A stretch of 42,135 nt of DNA from Cyanophora paradoxa CCMP329 (GCA_004431415.1 QPMI01000365.1:1-42135); one strand, 5' to 3'. Shown: positions 1 to 12,137, counted from the stretch's first letter. Notes: generated from the sequence alone by a model not told the origin. Numbers and translations are program-made.

Positions 1-1309
1 TGAACATCAGTCACAACCAATTGAAGTCGCTCCCGCCCGAGATCGGCTGCCTCACTAAGCTCCGCTACCTGCGGGTGCGTGCGCATGCGGCAAGTGTCTG
101 CAGCTGGGTGCGATGCGCTGATTAGCCCTGCTGACTAGTACTTTGAGCGGACAGGCCAATTGCAACTACATATCCTCCGTTCCCCGGGAGGTACCGGCAG
201 AATTCCCGGCCGGCGCGCCCACAGGCCGCACGCAGCTCGCTGACCCTCGCTGCGCAGATCGGGAACCTGAAGTGCCTCCAGCATCTCTTCTTGGAGAACA
301 ACAGTCTCACGTCGCTCCCCGTCGAGATCGGCCTTATCCCCGACCTCAGCAGTTTCTATGTTGTGAGCTGCGGAGATATTCGAGGAGAAGGTCAACAAGT
401 ATGGCCTGTCAACGTGCTGCAAAACCTTCCACCCAATAACACTGCCATTCTCACCCACCTTCGTACCTTGGCGGGTGAGCGTGCCTTCCCCCTTTTTCGA
501 TAATGCAGCACTGACGTGCTCTCTGGGGCCTCTCTCTTTTCCAGCAGCGCAACCCTCTCCGCCCTCGGATCTCATCGAAACAACCGCCAACGACGCGCTC
601 GCGGCCCTCTGCTCCCTCCACGACGCCTGCCTCCGGTGCGTGCCCCGCCCGAGCCCGCCGGCGCCCCTCCCGAGCCGGCGCCAGGGGCGGCGGGGCCTCC
701 TTCGAGGGCCTGCCTGCCCCCGACGTCGCCCTCGCCGTCGAGCATGGCGGTGCCGGCCCGCCCCGCCCGCCCCCTGCCCCTCTCCCCGCCTCACGCGGCG
801 GGCGCGCAGGGGCGCGGGAGAGCCTCCCGGCGCACTCGTTCCTGCTGCAGCTGCACAGCGCGCACTTTCGCCGCGTGCTGGGCGCCGGCATGCGCGAGTC
901 CCGCACGCGCGAGATCCCCGTCACCGAGTACGGCCCCGGGACCGTCCGCGCGCTCCTGAGGTACCTCTACACGGGCGAGCGGGACGTCGACGTCGGGGGC
1001 GCGGGGGACGGGGACCCGTCGCCGGCGCTGCTGGAGCTGCTCCGGGCGGCGCACTACTACGAGCTGCCGCGGCTCGCGCAGCACGTCGAGGGGCGCCTCT
1101 GCCTCCCGGGCTTCCTCGGCGCCGCCGCCGCGCTCCGCGCCCTCGTCGCCGCCGACCAGCTGGGGCGCCCCCGGCTGCGCGAGGCGGCGCTGGCGGCGGT
1201 GTGGGAGCAGGGGCCGGCGGTAGTGCGGACGGCGGAGTACCGCGAGCTCGCCGCCACGGGGCAGGCCGATCTGCTCGTCGAGGTCGGCGAGGCGCTCGCC
1301 CGCAGGTAG
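1..1309 (+). CDS. LRR + BTB/POZ(-BACK) domain protein, 5' truncated by the window edge, multi-exon
   Basis: Spliced exons give the LRRs NISHNQLKSLPPEIGCLTKLRYL / ANCNYISSVPREIGNLKCLQHLFLENNSLTSLPVEIG (introns ~75-154, 191-257, 475-544). They continue in frame into PDVALAVE..LPAHSFLLQLHSAHFRRVLGAGMRES..ALLRYLYTG..ELLRAAHYYELPRL, which are BTB signature motifs. TAG at 1307-1309. Confidence 0.8.
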
Positions 1310-1758
1310 CCGCCCCCCGGGACCCCCGCCCTCCTCGTTTGCCGTCGCGCGTTTCTCGTTTTGAGTTTCGAGGTCTGAGGTAGACGTCTATTGTCGTTGG
1401 AATGGATCGGTCGATGTTTGCCGAGCTCGAGGCAGCTGCAGGGCCGGCGCTGCTCGAGTGAGCGAGTGCGAGCTTCTGCAGTGGGACGCTCAGCGGCGCA
1501 GAGCTCGAGCTTATTATTAATTACTCGCACAGGGTAAAATCACTGGGGCCGGGCAGGTGCCCCATGGCCAGGGGGGTAGAACTAGAGCCGAGGGCCCCGG
1601 GCAGCCGCCGGGCGGGGGAGGACGCTGGGGCCGGGCAGGGGGCGGAGACCAGCGCGCCGGGGGACGGGAAAGGAGGGGGGCGGGCGCGGCCGCGTCACTA
1701 GGCGGCGCGCGGGGCGGGGGGCCGGGAGGGGCGGGGGCCCCGGGGGCGGGGCCCGGCG

Positions 1759-3550
1759 TCAGCGGGCGGAGGAGGAGGAGGACTTGCGGGAGAGGGAGAA
1801 GACGGAGAGGATGTCGGAGAGGAAGTCGCCCTGCGCCACCGGCCGCGCCGCCTGCCGCGGGATCGTCGCCCGCCGCCCCCGCCGCCCCGACCCGGCGCCC
1901 GCCTCCTCGCCGGGGCCCGCCCCCCGCGGGGCGGGGAGAGGCCGCCGCCGGTGCGGAGGCCGTGGTCACGGGCGGCGCGGTGGGGCCCCGCTGCGAGGGC
2001 GGCGGTGGGGTTCGGGTGCGCGATGAACTCGATGTGGAAGTGCAGGCTCCCCGCCTCCACGCTCATGCGCTCGAACGACTCCGGGATCTGAGGGGCGGGG
2101 CGCCCGTCAGGGGCCGCGGGGCGGGCGGGGCCCCGCGCCCCCGGGGGGGCCCAGCGGAGGCGGGCACCTTGATCCAGGCGTCGACGGTGGGCGGGGAGCG
2201 GCGGGCCATGGCGACGTAGTCCATCTTCAGGTGCCCCAGCCGCTTCTTGCTCTCCCCGTCCGACACCCGCACGTACACCTGCGCCCAGGCGCCCCGCCGG
2301 CCCCGTCGGCCCGGGGCGGGGCGGGGGGGCCGGCGCGGGGACGGGGCGGCACCTTGGAGTCCGTGTCCTCCACCACCGCGAACGTGTGCTCTGCGCCACC
2401 CCGCCCCCCCGCGCTAAGCCAGCGGCCGGGGCCGGGGGCCGGGGCCGGGGCGGGGGCCGGGGGCGGACCCTGGTCCCACTCGAACTCGCCGGCGTCGTCG
2501 GTGGAGCGGCGCGGGGTCTCCACCTCCTCGTCCCCCACCTTCAGCATCACCTTCGCGCCTGCCGCCGCCCCGCCGCCCCGCGGCGCCCGTCAGGCGGCGG
2601 GGGCGGGGCGGGGCGGGGCGGGCGGGGCGGACAGCGGCAGGCCTGGAAGCCGCGGCCGCGGAGGAGCTCGACGCGGAGGAGGCCGCGGAGGCCGTGGATG
2701 GAGGCGGCCGGCGCCGCGCTCGCCGAGGCCGACGAGCGCTCCGTCGAGAGCGGCGAGGTGAGGTCCTCGTTCGAAGCCGTGCGCGACCCGTCGTACGAGG
2801 CCGAGAGCCGCCGCGAGAGCCGCCCGTACCCCGGCGCGTGCCCCTGGCCCCCCTGCGAGTACGAGTACGGGTTCCCGCCCGGCGGCGGCGGCGTGTGCGA
2901 GTGCGGCGGGCCGGTCGGCGGGCCGGTCGGCGGGGCCCGAGGCGGCCGGGCCGTGGGGCGAGGGGCCGGCGCCTGGGCGTCCCAGACGCCGGAGGGGAGT
3001 TGCTGGAGGGGTAGGAGGCGGTGGTGGCGGTGTCAGCGCCGTACGGGTCCGAGGCCGAGCTGCTCCACGACCCGTCGATGCTCGCCGGCGGCCGCACCCG
3101 CCCCGCCTCCCACGACGGGCCCGCCACCGGCGCGGGCGGCGGCCCCGGCGGCGGCCCCGGCGGCGGCGGCGGCTTCTGCCCGGGCTTCTGCTGCTGCCAG
3201 TAGGCCGCCGTGCCACCGCCGTAGCCGTAGCCCCCGCCGCCGTAGCCGTCGCCGGCCTCCCACGAGAGGTCCGCCGGCGAGGCGGCCTCCTGGTTCGCCT
3301 GGGCGCTCCCCCGCTGCTGCTGCTGGGAAGGATAGGGTTGGTATGGCTGCTGCGCGGCGGGATGCCCGCCGCGCTGGTCCCAGGTCACGGAAACTGCCGG
3401 CAGTTGGTAATCTTCGCTCGACTGCCGGGCGGAATAGCCGTAGGACGGTGTCGAGTACTGCCCGTTCTGATAGTCGTATGGGCCGAGAGGAGGCGGCTGC
3501 GGGGGCTGGTAGTAGCCCGCGCTGGCCGCCTGCCTGTGTTCGTAGGACAT
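1759..3550 (-). CDS. C2-domain protein with Pro/Tyr/Gln-rich low-complexity N-terminus, multi-exon
   Basis: ATG at 3550 (MSYEHRQ..YYQPPQPPP..). Spliced exons LRGLLRVELLRGRGFQ / AKVMLKVGDEEVETPRRSTDDAGEFEWDQ / HTFAVVED / VYVRVSDGESKKRLGHLKMD / GSLHFHIEFI match the C2 beta-strand pattern. Ends ..LSRKSSSSSAR* at 1759. Confidence 0.7.
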
Positions 3551-4357
3551 CCGGAGGTTCCGACTGCTGCTCAGAGGGCGCGATCGCCCCGCTACCCGCC
3601 GCTGGGAGAAACGCTGCGCACAGCTGCCGGCCGAAGCCCGGGAGCGATTGCCTGGAGCCCGCGCTGAAGCCTGCGAACGCTGCCGCTTCTTGGGGGGGAT
3701 ACCGTGATGCCGGACTCGGCGGCCCGCGGCCGCAGCCTCCGATTGACGGCTCCCGTCACGTCCGGACGCGATCACGATATTTCGGCAAGCGGCTGCCGGC
3801 GCCTGCCGCCGGCTGGGGTCGCGAGGAGCTGCGCTTGCCGGAGGTTGCCAAAATTGAAAAATGTTGCAATTGCAGCTGCAGCTGCAGGCTTGCAGCTGCG
3901 CATGCGGCTAGTCTTGAAGGCTTCAGCTTAACCCCGCCTTGAGCGACTCGGCGAATTCGAAGGTGGCGCTAGCGCTAGCGCGCTCGCTCGGCGGCGCGGC
4001 GAGCGCTCGGCCCTAGGCCCATGTCCCGGCCCGCAGCGCGGCGCGCGAGTGGCCCGTGGCAGTGATGTCGATGGCCCGCGGCCGCGGGCTGGCCCAATCT
4101 TAAGGGCCGCGCGCACCTCTGCATCAAAAAACAAGGCCCACCCTGCGCCTGCCGCCGGGCCTAGGTCCAGGCCGGCGCATGCGTATGTGGAAACGCTGCA
4201 GCTTGCGATTGCGCAAGACGGCGCTGGGAGTCGGAGGTGAACGGGGAGCTTGGCGGCTCGATCGAGCTCGAGCTCGAAGCCCCGCGGCTGGTGCCGAGGC
4301 CGCGCGGCGCGACCGCCGGCGGGGCGGGGCTCGAGCCGGGGGCGGCGGGGCGGGGCG

Positions 4358-6031
4358 CTAGGGGCGGCGGGGCCGCGGGGGCGGGAGAAGCGGCGGGCGG
4401 CGAGGACGAAGAGGGCGCCGAGGGCGGCGCCGGCGAGGTGGGCGACGTGGTTCACGGGGGCCCCGCCCGCGCGAACGGCCGCGCCCGTTCGCCAGCACGA
4501 AGACCGCCTCCTGCCCCACCTGCCCGGGGCCCCCGCCCCGCCCGCTCAGGCCCCGCCGCCCGCGGCCGGGGCCGGGGCCGGGGGCGGGCCTGCTGGAGGA
4601 CGAACTGGCCGAGGACGAGGCCCTCGAGGGCGGGCCAGAGGCCCCAGCGCGCCTTCAGCAGCAGCGCCGCCGTGAAGAGCCCTGCCCCGCGCCCCGGTCG
4701 GGCCGCGCGGGGGCCAGGGCCCGCCCGCCGCGCACCGAAGGCGGCGCCCGAGGCGCCGACGGAGGCGTAGGGCCCGGGAGGGCGAGGGCGCCCACCAGCG
4801 CCGCCCCGCCCGCACACCAGGTACCTGCCCGCGTCGGCGCGGGAGGCGGGGGGGGGGGGGGGGGGGGGGGGGGAGGGGGGGGGGGGGGGAGGCGCGGGAG
4901 GGGGCGCACGCGGCGGTGAGGAGCTGCCAGCCGCCCTCCTCCTCGACCGCCTGCGCCGCGTCGGGCGGGCGGGCGGGCGGGCCGGCGGGCAGGGCGGGCG
5001 GGCGGGGCGCGGGCCTTGCCGGCGATGTAGAGCGCGAAGAGGTTCCCCGAGAGGTGCTAGGGTTAGGTTAGGGCGGGGCAGGAAAGGGCGGGGCGGGGGC
5101 GGGGCGGGCCCCAGTCGCCGTGGAGGAAGCAGCTGGCGACGGCGGTGAGGGGCCGCAGCCGCGTGTGCTGCAGCGCAAAGTTGTTCACCTGCGCCGCCGG
5201 GGGCCCGCCCCGCCCCGTCGCCCCGGCGCGGGGGGCCCGGGGGGCCCGGGGGCGCGGCCGGCGGCGCACGAGAGCCCGCGGAGGAGGCGGTCGGCCGCGA
5301 ACGCGGCGACGTTCGCGGCCATGATGAAGCACAGCCCGGGGTACCTGCGCAGCCGTGAGCGCGGGCAGGGGCGGGGCGGGCGGGGAGGGGGCGCGCTGGG
5401 GGGGCTCGTGGGCGGGCGCAAACTCGAAGCTGGCGCCGGCCTCGCCGGCCTGCGCGATCTCCGCCTCCAGCTCCCTCAGCCGCCGCTCCAGCGCCGAGCC
5501 GGGCCCCAGCACTGGCCCGCCCCCGTCGGCCGCGGCCCGGCCCGGCGCTGGCAGCGCAGACGCGTACCGGCTGCGCTGGATCGCGCAGCGGGGCCCTTCC
5601 TGCCAAAGACTCGCGCCAGGAGCGCCCGCAGCGCGTCCAGCGGCGGGCACGAGGACGCCGACGCTGCCCGGCGGTCAGGGTCCGGCGGGCGGCCGATCCG
5701 GCGTGTCTGCGGACCAGAAGGACCTCCTGGATCCTGCGCGGCGACAACTGCGCCGGCAGGGCTCGGCGTCAGAGACAGGTGGTGAAGTCAGTTGTGCCGG
5801 CGCCGCTTCTCGAGCGCGAGGGCAAGATCGCGCGGTACCTTTGAAGCGTATGCATCGATCCCATCGCCTGTGCGGGAGGGCGAGGCCAAAGTCGAGGCTG
5901 CGGTTGTGAAACTTGTCGACGCTGCGGAGACTGCGGGCCTCCGCGAGCGGAGGCCGCCGCCAGACATATGGAGATGCATGCAACGATCGCTCGAGTGCAA
6001 TGCAGCTCGCCGCGAAGCTGGCCGAGCTCAT
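4358..6031 (-). CDS. Rhomboid intramembrane serine protease, plastid RBL11-like, multi-exon
   Basis: Exons: FLHGDW/HLSGNLFALYIAGK/VEEEG, catalytic SVGASGAAFG, LFTAALLLKARWGLWPALEGLVLGQFV, and catalytic-His VNHVAHLAGA. These follow the motifs of chloroplast rhomboid-like protein 11 as I recall them. The N-terminus MSSASFAAS.. resembles a transit peptide. The stop position is approximate (indels, poly-G tract). Confidence 0.85.
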
Positions 6032-6102
6032 CGTTTTGATTCAGGAGTCGGCGATACCCCTCGGGCCAAAACCAACAGCGGCATCCAGCCCTTCTGGCGC
6101 AA

Positions 6103-6987
6103 ATGGCGATGCTTTCTCGCACGCAGAGCGATCCCCCGACCTTCGAGATGGAGACGGAGGATACGCTCGTCCCCCCGGCCTCGTCCCCGCCCGCGGCGAC
6201 ATCGTTTTCCTTCGCGAAGCTGATCTCTGCCTGCGGCCCGTCCAAGGTGCAGAACGCGATGCGCTTTCTCGATTTCTTCTGACATGCGTGGCCCCGGAAT
6301 TCGCAGCGGGAGGAAAGGCCCTCGACGAAGAATTTCCGCAGCGTGCCTGCAAACTCCACTTCCTCGAACGCTTCGTGGGAGGAGATCGAGCTGGACGAGC
6401 AGAAGCCGCGCCGCAGCTTCCGCCGCAGCCTTCGGCGCTCCCGCAGCTCTCGCGTGGTGAGAGATCAAATTTCGAATTCTGCGAGACCTGCCTGCCTGGC
6501 CGTGTTTCTGCGCGTCTCATGCGCGTTTCCGGCCTCTTTCTCGCAGTCGGTGGACGGCGAGGTCGCGGACGCCCTCTCCCAAGTCCGAGCGCAGGCCCCG
6601 CGCGCGACGAAGCGAGTTGCGGGCGGGCAGCCTGGCGATGGGAAGTCCCCTGTGAGCCGCTCCCTCTTCGAGGAGGTCCGCGGCCCCGCTGCCTGGCGTC
6701 CCTTGCTGCGGATGGTTCCGTAGCAACGCCAACGGTCTCACCGCCGGTGTCACGTTTGTCTGCGTGCGCAGGGCGTTGATCGGGAGCAGGAGGAGGAGGG
6801 CTTCTTCAAGAAGCTCGCCAATCTCTTCACGTTCGGGAAGGGTGCGCTCTCCCCTCGCACGTCGTCCCTCGCCGCCGGTGCCGACCTCGGCACGCGCGCG
6901 GCCGGTCCCGCAGGCCCGAAGAAGGCACGCGTGCCCGCCGAGTCAGACAAGGAGAACGGGGGCAAGAGCTCGAACGCCGCACGCTGA
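6103..6987 (+). CDS. Hypothetical Ser/Arg-rich protein, ~5 exons
   Basis: MAMLSRTQSDPPTFEME..GPSK | REERPSTKNF..WEEIELDEQKPRRSFRRSLRRSRSSRV | SVDGEVADALSQ.. | GVDREQEEEGFFKKLANLFTFGK | GPKKARVPAESDKENGGKSSNAAR*, joined by GT..CAG introns. No recognisable domain; there is a C-terminal KEN-like motif. Confidence 0.6.
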
Positions 6988-7054
6988 ACGTCTCTATTCG
7001 TCTGCACTACCTATTCTCAGCACCTAACCTATCTCGTCATCGCTAGGAATAGAT

Positions 7055-8148
7055 TTACAAGTAGGCGCCCGGGCCGGGTTCTCGGTCTGCGCAAAATGGA
7101 ACCAGAGTGAGTTCCAGCGGCAGTGGCGCAGTGCTTGGGTTCGAGGGGATTGAAGGTCTCTCGAGAGGGACAGAGGAAGCGTGGGGGGGCGCGGGGCGGA
7201 GGGATCTAGGCGAAGCTGTTTTAAAAAGCCTCCAAGCGCTTCCGAAGCCGTGCGTACGCGGCCTTCGCCCGGCGCTAGGATGCTCTGGCGAGGCTAGGGC
7301 GCTGGTGCGGCGACGGGGCCCCGCGCCTAGTCTTCGGGGGGCCAAGCCCGGCAGCCGGCGCCGGCGCCAGCCTAGGCCCGCTCCCAACCCTCCAGAACCC
7401 CTGTACATGTACGCACACTCGCGGTAGGCGCCGGACCGGTTCGCCGTGGTGAAAACGACGGTCCCCGCCTGCGAGGCGGCCCGTGGGCGGGCGGCGGAGG
7501 GCGCCGAGCGGCGGGCGCTGGCGGGGGCCGCCGCACCGTCTCGTGCGTTGAGCGCGCCTGCTTCCCGAGGCTCTGCGGCAACTTGTACGCGTCCGGGCCC
7601 GGCGTCGGGCGCGTTGCGTCCGTCTTCCCGCCGGTCCGGTCTGGGAAGCGCTGCGGGCGGCCGGGGCAGGTTAGCTGTGCGGCGGCGCGAGGGGCAGCAG
7701 CGGTGATGGAAGTCGCGTCTATATGAAAGCCGCTCCATGCGCCGAGCGGCGCTAGACAGTGCCGAATGCTGAGCGGAGGGTTCTAGATCCCGAGGACCTG
7801 CGGGCCGGCGGCCCGGGCACGGCACAGTGCGGGAAGCGGGGCGCTCTTCCGAGGGTCCAGAAGTAAGCTAAAGAGATAAAGGCAGCTAGAAATGAGCGCC
7901 AAACGCCGGCCGGAGCTTAGCTAGGAATACGCCTGTTCTGGATCGCTCAGACGGGAAGAGCTTGAACCTTGGCAGTGCTAAAGGGGAAGCCGTGCGTGCT
8001 TTCCTTTGTGCTATTGACTTGCTTGCCCAGGCTTGACGTTCTGCGGGCGCGCGAGGTTGGCACGACGGACCCAGAACGGTGCGGGGAGGCACGAGAGAGC
8101 CCAAAGCAACTCAACGCACTTGCTTTTGAAGCCCGAGTTGTACACCAT
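7055..8148 (-). CDS. Small (~99 aa) SHIPPO/ODF3-type PGP-repeat protein, probably flagellar axonemal, 5 exons
   Basis: Spliced product MVYNSGFKSKTSSLGKQVNSTKESTHGFPFSTAKRFPDRTGGKTDATRPTPGPDAYKLPQSLGKQARSTHETAGTVVFTTANRSGAYREYREPGPGAYL*. It has two (SLGKQ..F.T..R..PGP.AY) repeats. All four introns are GT-AG and frame-consistent. Confidence 0.8.
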
Positions 8149-8332
8149 CGCTCCTCGTCAATTCGGGAGCTTTGTTAGGGGAATGTTTGCCAGAGGGGTA
8201 GGAGCGCAACAGAGCTCGACCAGCGCGACGCCTCGCGGAGAGCTGTGCGCGTGCTCTTAAGCAGCTTCGGTGCGATTGTGAGCGCCTGCGAGATATTCCA
8301 GCGATCGAGGAGCAGGCGACTGCGGCGACGCG

Positions 8333-11300
8333 ATGCCGATGCCGTTCTCTCTACGGCACGTGGGCAAGAAGGGCCTGCGCTACCGCTTCCAGGTCCGCGC
8401 ACGCGTCCGCGGGACTACCGAGCGCCGCGCTTCCCCGCCACGTGAACCAGTTCGCTCGCTGGGGCGCGGGGCGCGGCGCGGCCTCTCAAAGCGCTTTCCC
8501 GGGGCTTTTCGGGCCGCTTACGCGCCATCGCACCGCCCCACGAGCGCCGCTCTGTCCGCGGTGGCCGCGTCTCCGCGTGAACCATGTCATCGTCATTGGG
8601 AGCGGCCGGGCTGAGCGGAGCGCGCGCAGATCGAGGTGCAGGAGCTCGCGGACGTGGCGGCGGGCGTGGAGGGCGAGGTGTACGTGCGGCTGAAGCGAGG
8701 GTCGAAGACGCTGCACACGGCGCGGCGGGCGGCGGCGCGGGGCCGCGTCGTGTGGGGCGAGGTGCTGGAGACGGAGGCGACGCTGTACAAGGGGCCCGCC
8801 GGCTTCGACGAGAAGCGCTTCGCCGTCGACGTCAAGGCTGCCGGGCCCAAGGCGCGCCCCCGCCCCCCCGCCCGGCCCGGGCGGGGCGCCCACGGGGCGG
8901 GGCGGGCGGGGCGCAGGGGAAGGCGCGGCGGCTGGCGAGCTTCGACCTCGACCTCGCGGAGTTCGCGGTGCCCTTCGAGGCGGCCGCCGAGCAGCGCGCC
9001 CTCCGCCTCCCCGCCTCGGGCCCCTCGGGCCCCGCGCCCTCCTCCGGGCCCGCCCCGCCCGCCCCCGCCCCGCCCCCGGCGCGGCGCCCCTGAGCGCCCC
9101 CGCAGATCGCCGTCCGCTCCGTCTGGCTCCGCGCCGCCGACGCGTGCGCCCCGCGCGCCGCGGCCGCCGCGCCGGCGCCCCCTAACTCGGGGGCAGCGGG
9201 AGGGGGCGGCGGCGGAGGGCCGCTCCTCCGCGAGCGCCTCGCGCACAAGCGGCGCCGAGAGCGCCGACTCCGGCGGCCCCGGTAACCCCCCGCTCCCTCG
9301 GGCCCCGCCCGGGCCACGGGGCGCAGAGGCCGACGCGGAGCGGCGGGCGGCGCTGGCGGAGGCCGACGAGGCGGAGGCGGCGGCGGAGGCGGGGCGGCCG
9401 CTGCGGCTCCGGCGGCGGCGGCGGGGCGCGGCGGCCGCGGGCCTCGTCGACGGGCCGCCTGCGGCGCCTCAGCGAGGCGCGTGGGGCGGGGGCGAGGGCG
9501 GGGCGGGGGCTGAGGGGCGGCGCGGGGTGCAGGCGGAGGAGGAGCGGCGGCGGAGCGTGTCGGAGGACGAGCGCCTCGAGCGCCGCGGCGAGCCCGGTGC
9601 CCGCCCGCCCGCCCCCGCCCGCCCGCCCCGCGCCCCTCACGCCCGGCAGCCGGCGACGAGGAGGGCGGGAGGGCGGCGCGGGCGGCCCCGCCGCCGCGGC
9701 TCCGACCCCGCCCGCCCCGCGCCCCGCCCGGGCCACAGGTGCCGCCCCGCCGGCCCCGCCCGCCCCCGGCGCCCCGGGGCCCACTTCGGCGCAGGCGGTC
9801 GCGGACGGAGCCGTCGATCGCCGCGCCGGCGCCGGCGGCCGCCCGCGGGCCCGACGCCCACCGGCGCCCCCGCCCGCCCGCCCGCGCGCCCCGCGCCCGC
9901 TGACGCCCCCGCAGGGTCCTCCTCGAGGCCCTCGTCACCTCCCGCGAGGTCCTACCCCCCCTCAACCCGCCGGCTCCCCCCAACCGCGGCCTGCGCAGGT
10001 GCGGCGGGAGTGGGTGGAGACGGCGGCGGGCCCGGCGCCGGCGGGGGCCCTCCTGCTCTTCCGCGTCGCCGCCGAGTGGGCCGCCACGGGCTTCTCCCCG
10101 CTCCACGCCACACTCGCCCCCTCCGGTGCCGCCCCCGCGCCCCACGCCCCCGACCCCCTCCGACGCGGGCGGGGCCCGGGCAGGGCGCACGTGGCGGCGC
10201 AGGTGGCCCCAGGGGGCGACCCGGACGGGGACAACGCGCGCGCCCCGCGCCCCGCGCCCCGCCCCGCCTCACCCGCCGGGGCCCGCAGGCGGCCTTCTGG
10301 CTCGCCTACCTCGCCGCCCTCTACGCCCTCCTCACCCGCCACCCCGCCGCCCGCCGCCGCCCGCGCGCCCCGCCCCGCCCCGCCCGCCCCGCCCGCCCCG
10401 CCGGCCCTCCCGCTCATGCGCGCGGGGCGGCAGGTGGCGGAGGCGGACCGGGCGGAGGCGAGCGGGCTGGTGGCGGCGGCCGCCGGCCTCTGCTACGCCG
10501 CCGCCGCCGACGCCCTCCACTCGGCCCGCCCCGCCCCCCGCCGCCCGCCCCGCCCCGCCGGCCCGGCGCGCGACGGGGGCGGGGCGGGGCGGGGCGCAGG
10601 CGCTGGCGCCGCTGCTGCGGGAGGCCTTCTTCGAGCACCCGTGCGCCGACCCCGCCGCTTCCGCCTCCACAGGCCCGCCCCCCTCGCCCGCCCGCCCGCC
10701 CCGCCCGCCCCGCCCCGCTCCGCACCTCCCGCCCCGGACCGGCTGAGGCGGCGCAGGGGCTGGCGCGGGTGGCGCGTGTGGCAGCCCTTCAAGACCTACC
10801 TCGCGCGCCCCCGCCCGCCCGCCCAGCCGCCCGGCCGGCGCTGACGGCCCCTGTGCAGCCGGAGAGCGTGCAGGCGGGGATGTCCTACGGCGACGGCAAC
10901 GACCCCGTCGTCCGCCCGCCCCGCCCCAGAGCGCCCCCGGGGCCCACGCCCACGCCGGCGCAGGAGGTCGCGCGGGGGCTGCTGCGGCCCGTCACCGGCG
11001 CCCTCGAGGGCGCTCTCGTCTCCCTCCGCCGCAACCGCGTCCGCCCGTACCCCCTCCAGCTTCCCCCCCATCCGACGGGCCCGGGGGCAGGTGCCGGACG
11101 CGATCGCCGCGCAGCTCCTCGACGACGTCCGCCCCGTACCCCCCGCCCCGCCCGCCCCGCCCCGCCCGACGCCGGGGCGCAGGCGGTGCGGTACATCGAC
11201 GCGGCGCTGCTGAACGCGCTGCTGCAGACCCCGGCCCTCTGCACCGGTGCGGGGCGCCCCCCCGCTCCCCGTTGGCCCCCGCGAGCCGGCCCGCGGGCAG

Positions 11301-12012
11301 CGCGGCGGGCGATGTCGCTCAAGTTCGGGCGGCGGCGCTCGAGTACTTCCTCGCCGAGCACGCCCCGGAGCCCGCCCACGCCTCCCCCGCGCCCGGTGTG
11401 CACCCCGCCCCGCCCCGCCCCCGCCCCCGCCCCCGCTCACGGGCGGGGCAGGGGCCGGGCGCTGCGGGCGCGCGAGGCCGCCGACCTGCTTCTCGCCGAC
11501 AAGTCCCAGGCCCGCGTACCCCCAAGGCCCCGCCCCCCCCTCACCCGGGCCGCAGGAGGGGGAGGCCCTCCTCGCCCTCTGCCCGTGCGCCCCCGCCTCC
11601 CCGCACCCCGTACCCCCGCCCTTCCGACTCCGCCCCCCCCCCCCCCCCCCAGGCGGCTGCGGCCGCGGCAGGTCGAGCTGCTGCTCCGCCACTACACCCC
11701 CGACGAGTGCGCGTACCCCCGCCCTTTCCCCCCCCTGAAGGCGGGCAGGCTGTCGCCGGAGGCGCTGGGGAGGGGGCGGTGCGGGCGCTGGGGGCGCTGC
11801 TGCGGCGCTCGCCGCCGGAGCCGGCGCCGCCGCTGGCGAGCGGGGCTGCCGCGCCGCTGGACCTCGAGGGGCCCTCGGAGGCCCTCGCCGCCGCCCTCGA
11901 CCCCGCCGCCGCCCCGCGCCCCCGGCCCTCGCCGCCCGCCCCGCCTTCGCCTTCCTCGCCCGCCGCCCCGGCCCGAGCGGGGGCCCGCGGGCGCCCCCGC
12001 CCCGAGCCCTAG
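8333..12012 (+). CDS. NT-C2 (EEIG1/EHBP1 N-terminal) + Dilute (DIL) domain protein, many exons
   Basis: N-terminus RYRFQ|IEVQELADV..VYVRLKRGSK..VVWGEVLETEATLYK..FDEKRF..LASFDLDLAEFA is NT-C2. C-terminal AAFWLAY.., IAAQLL..VRYIDAALLNALL..LC.., REAADLLL, LCP.LRPRQVELLLRHYTPDE is Dilute-like. The 3' end is approximate. Confidence 0.75.
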
Positions 12013-12137
12013 CCGCCCGCCCCCGCCGCCCCCGGCCCTCGCCGCCCGCCCCGCCTTCGCCTTCCTCGCCAGCCCCCGCGCCCCGCCCCGGGCCCGGGCC
12101 CCCGCGGCCGCCCCCGCCCCGAGCCCTAGCCGCCCCG
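11921..12137 (+). repeat. Imperfect tandem duplication (~110 bp) of the terminal coding segment and stop
   Basis: cccggccctcgccgcccgccccgccttcgccttcctcgcc..cccccgccccgagccctagccgccc occurs twice in tandem. Confidence 0.7.

Noticed and set aside
4848-4889. Long poly-G tract (G-quadruplex candidate)
   Set aside because: It lies in a GC-rich intron region, and homopolymer length is unreliable in this sequence.
5058-5073. Telomere-like tagggttaggttaggg
   Set aside because: It is only ~2.5 units and coincides with the CTAAC branch site and TAG acceptor of a minus-strand rhomboid intron.
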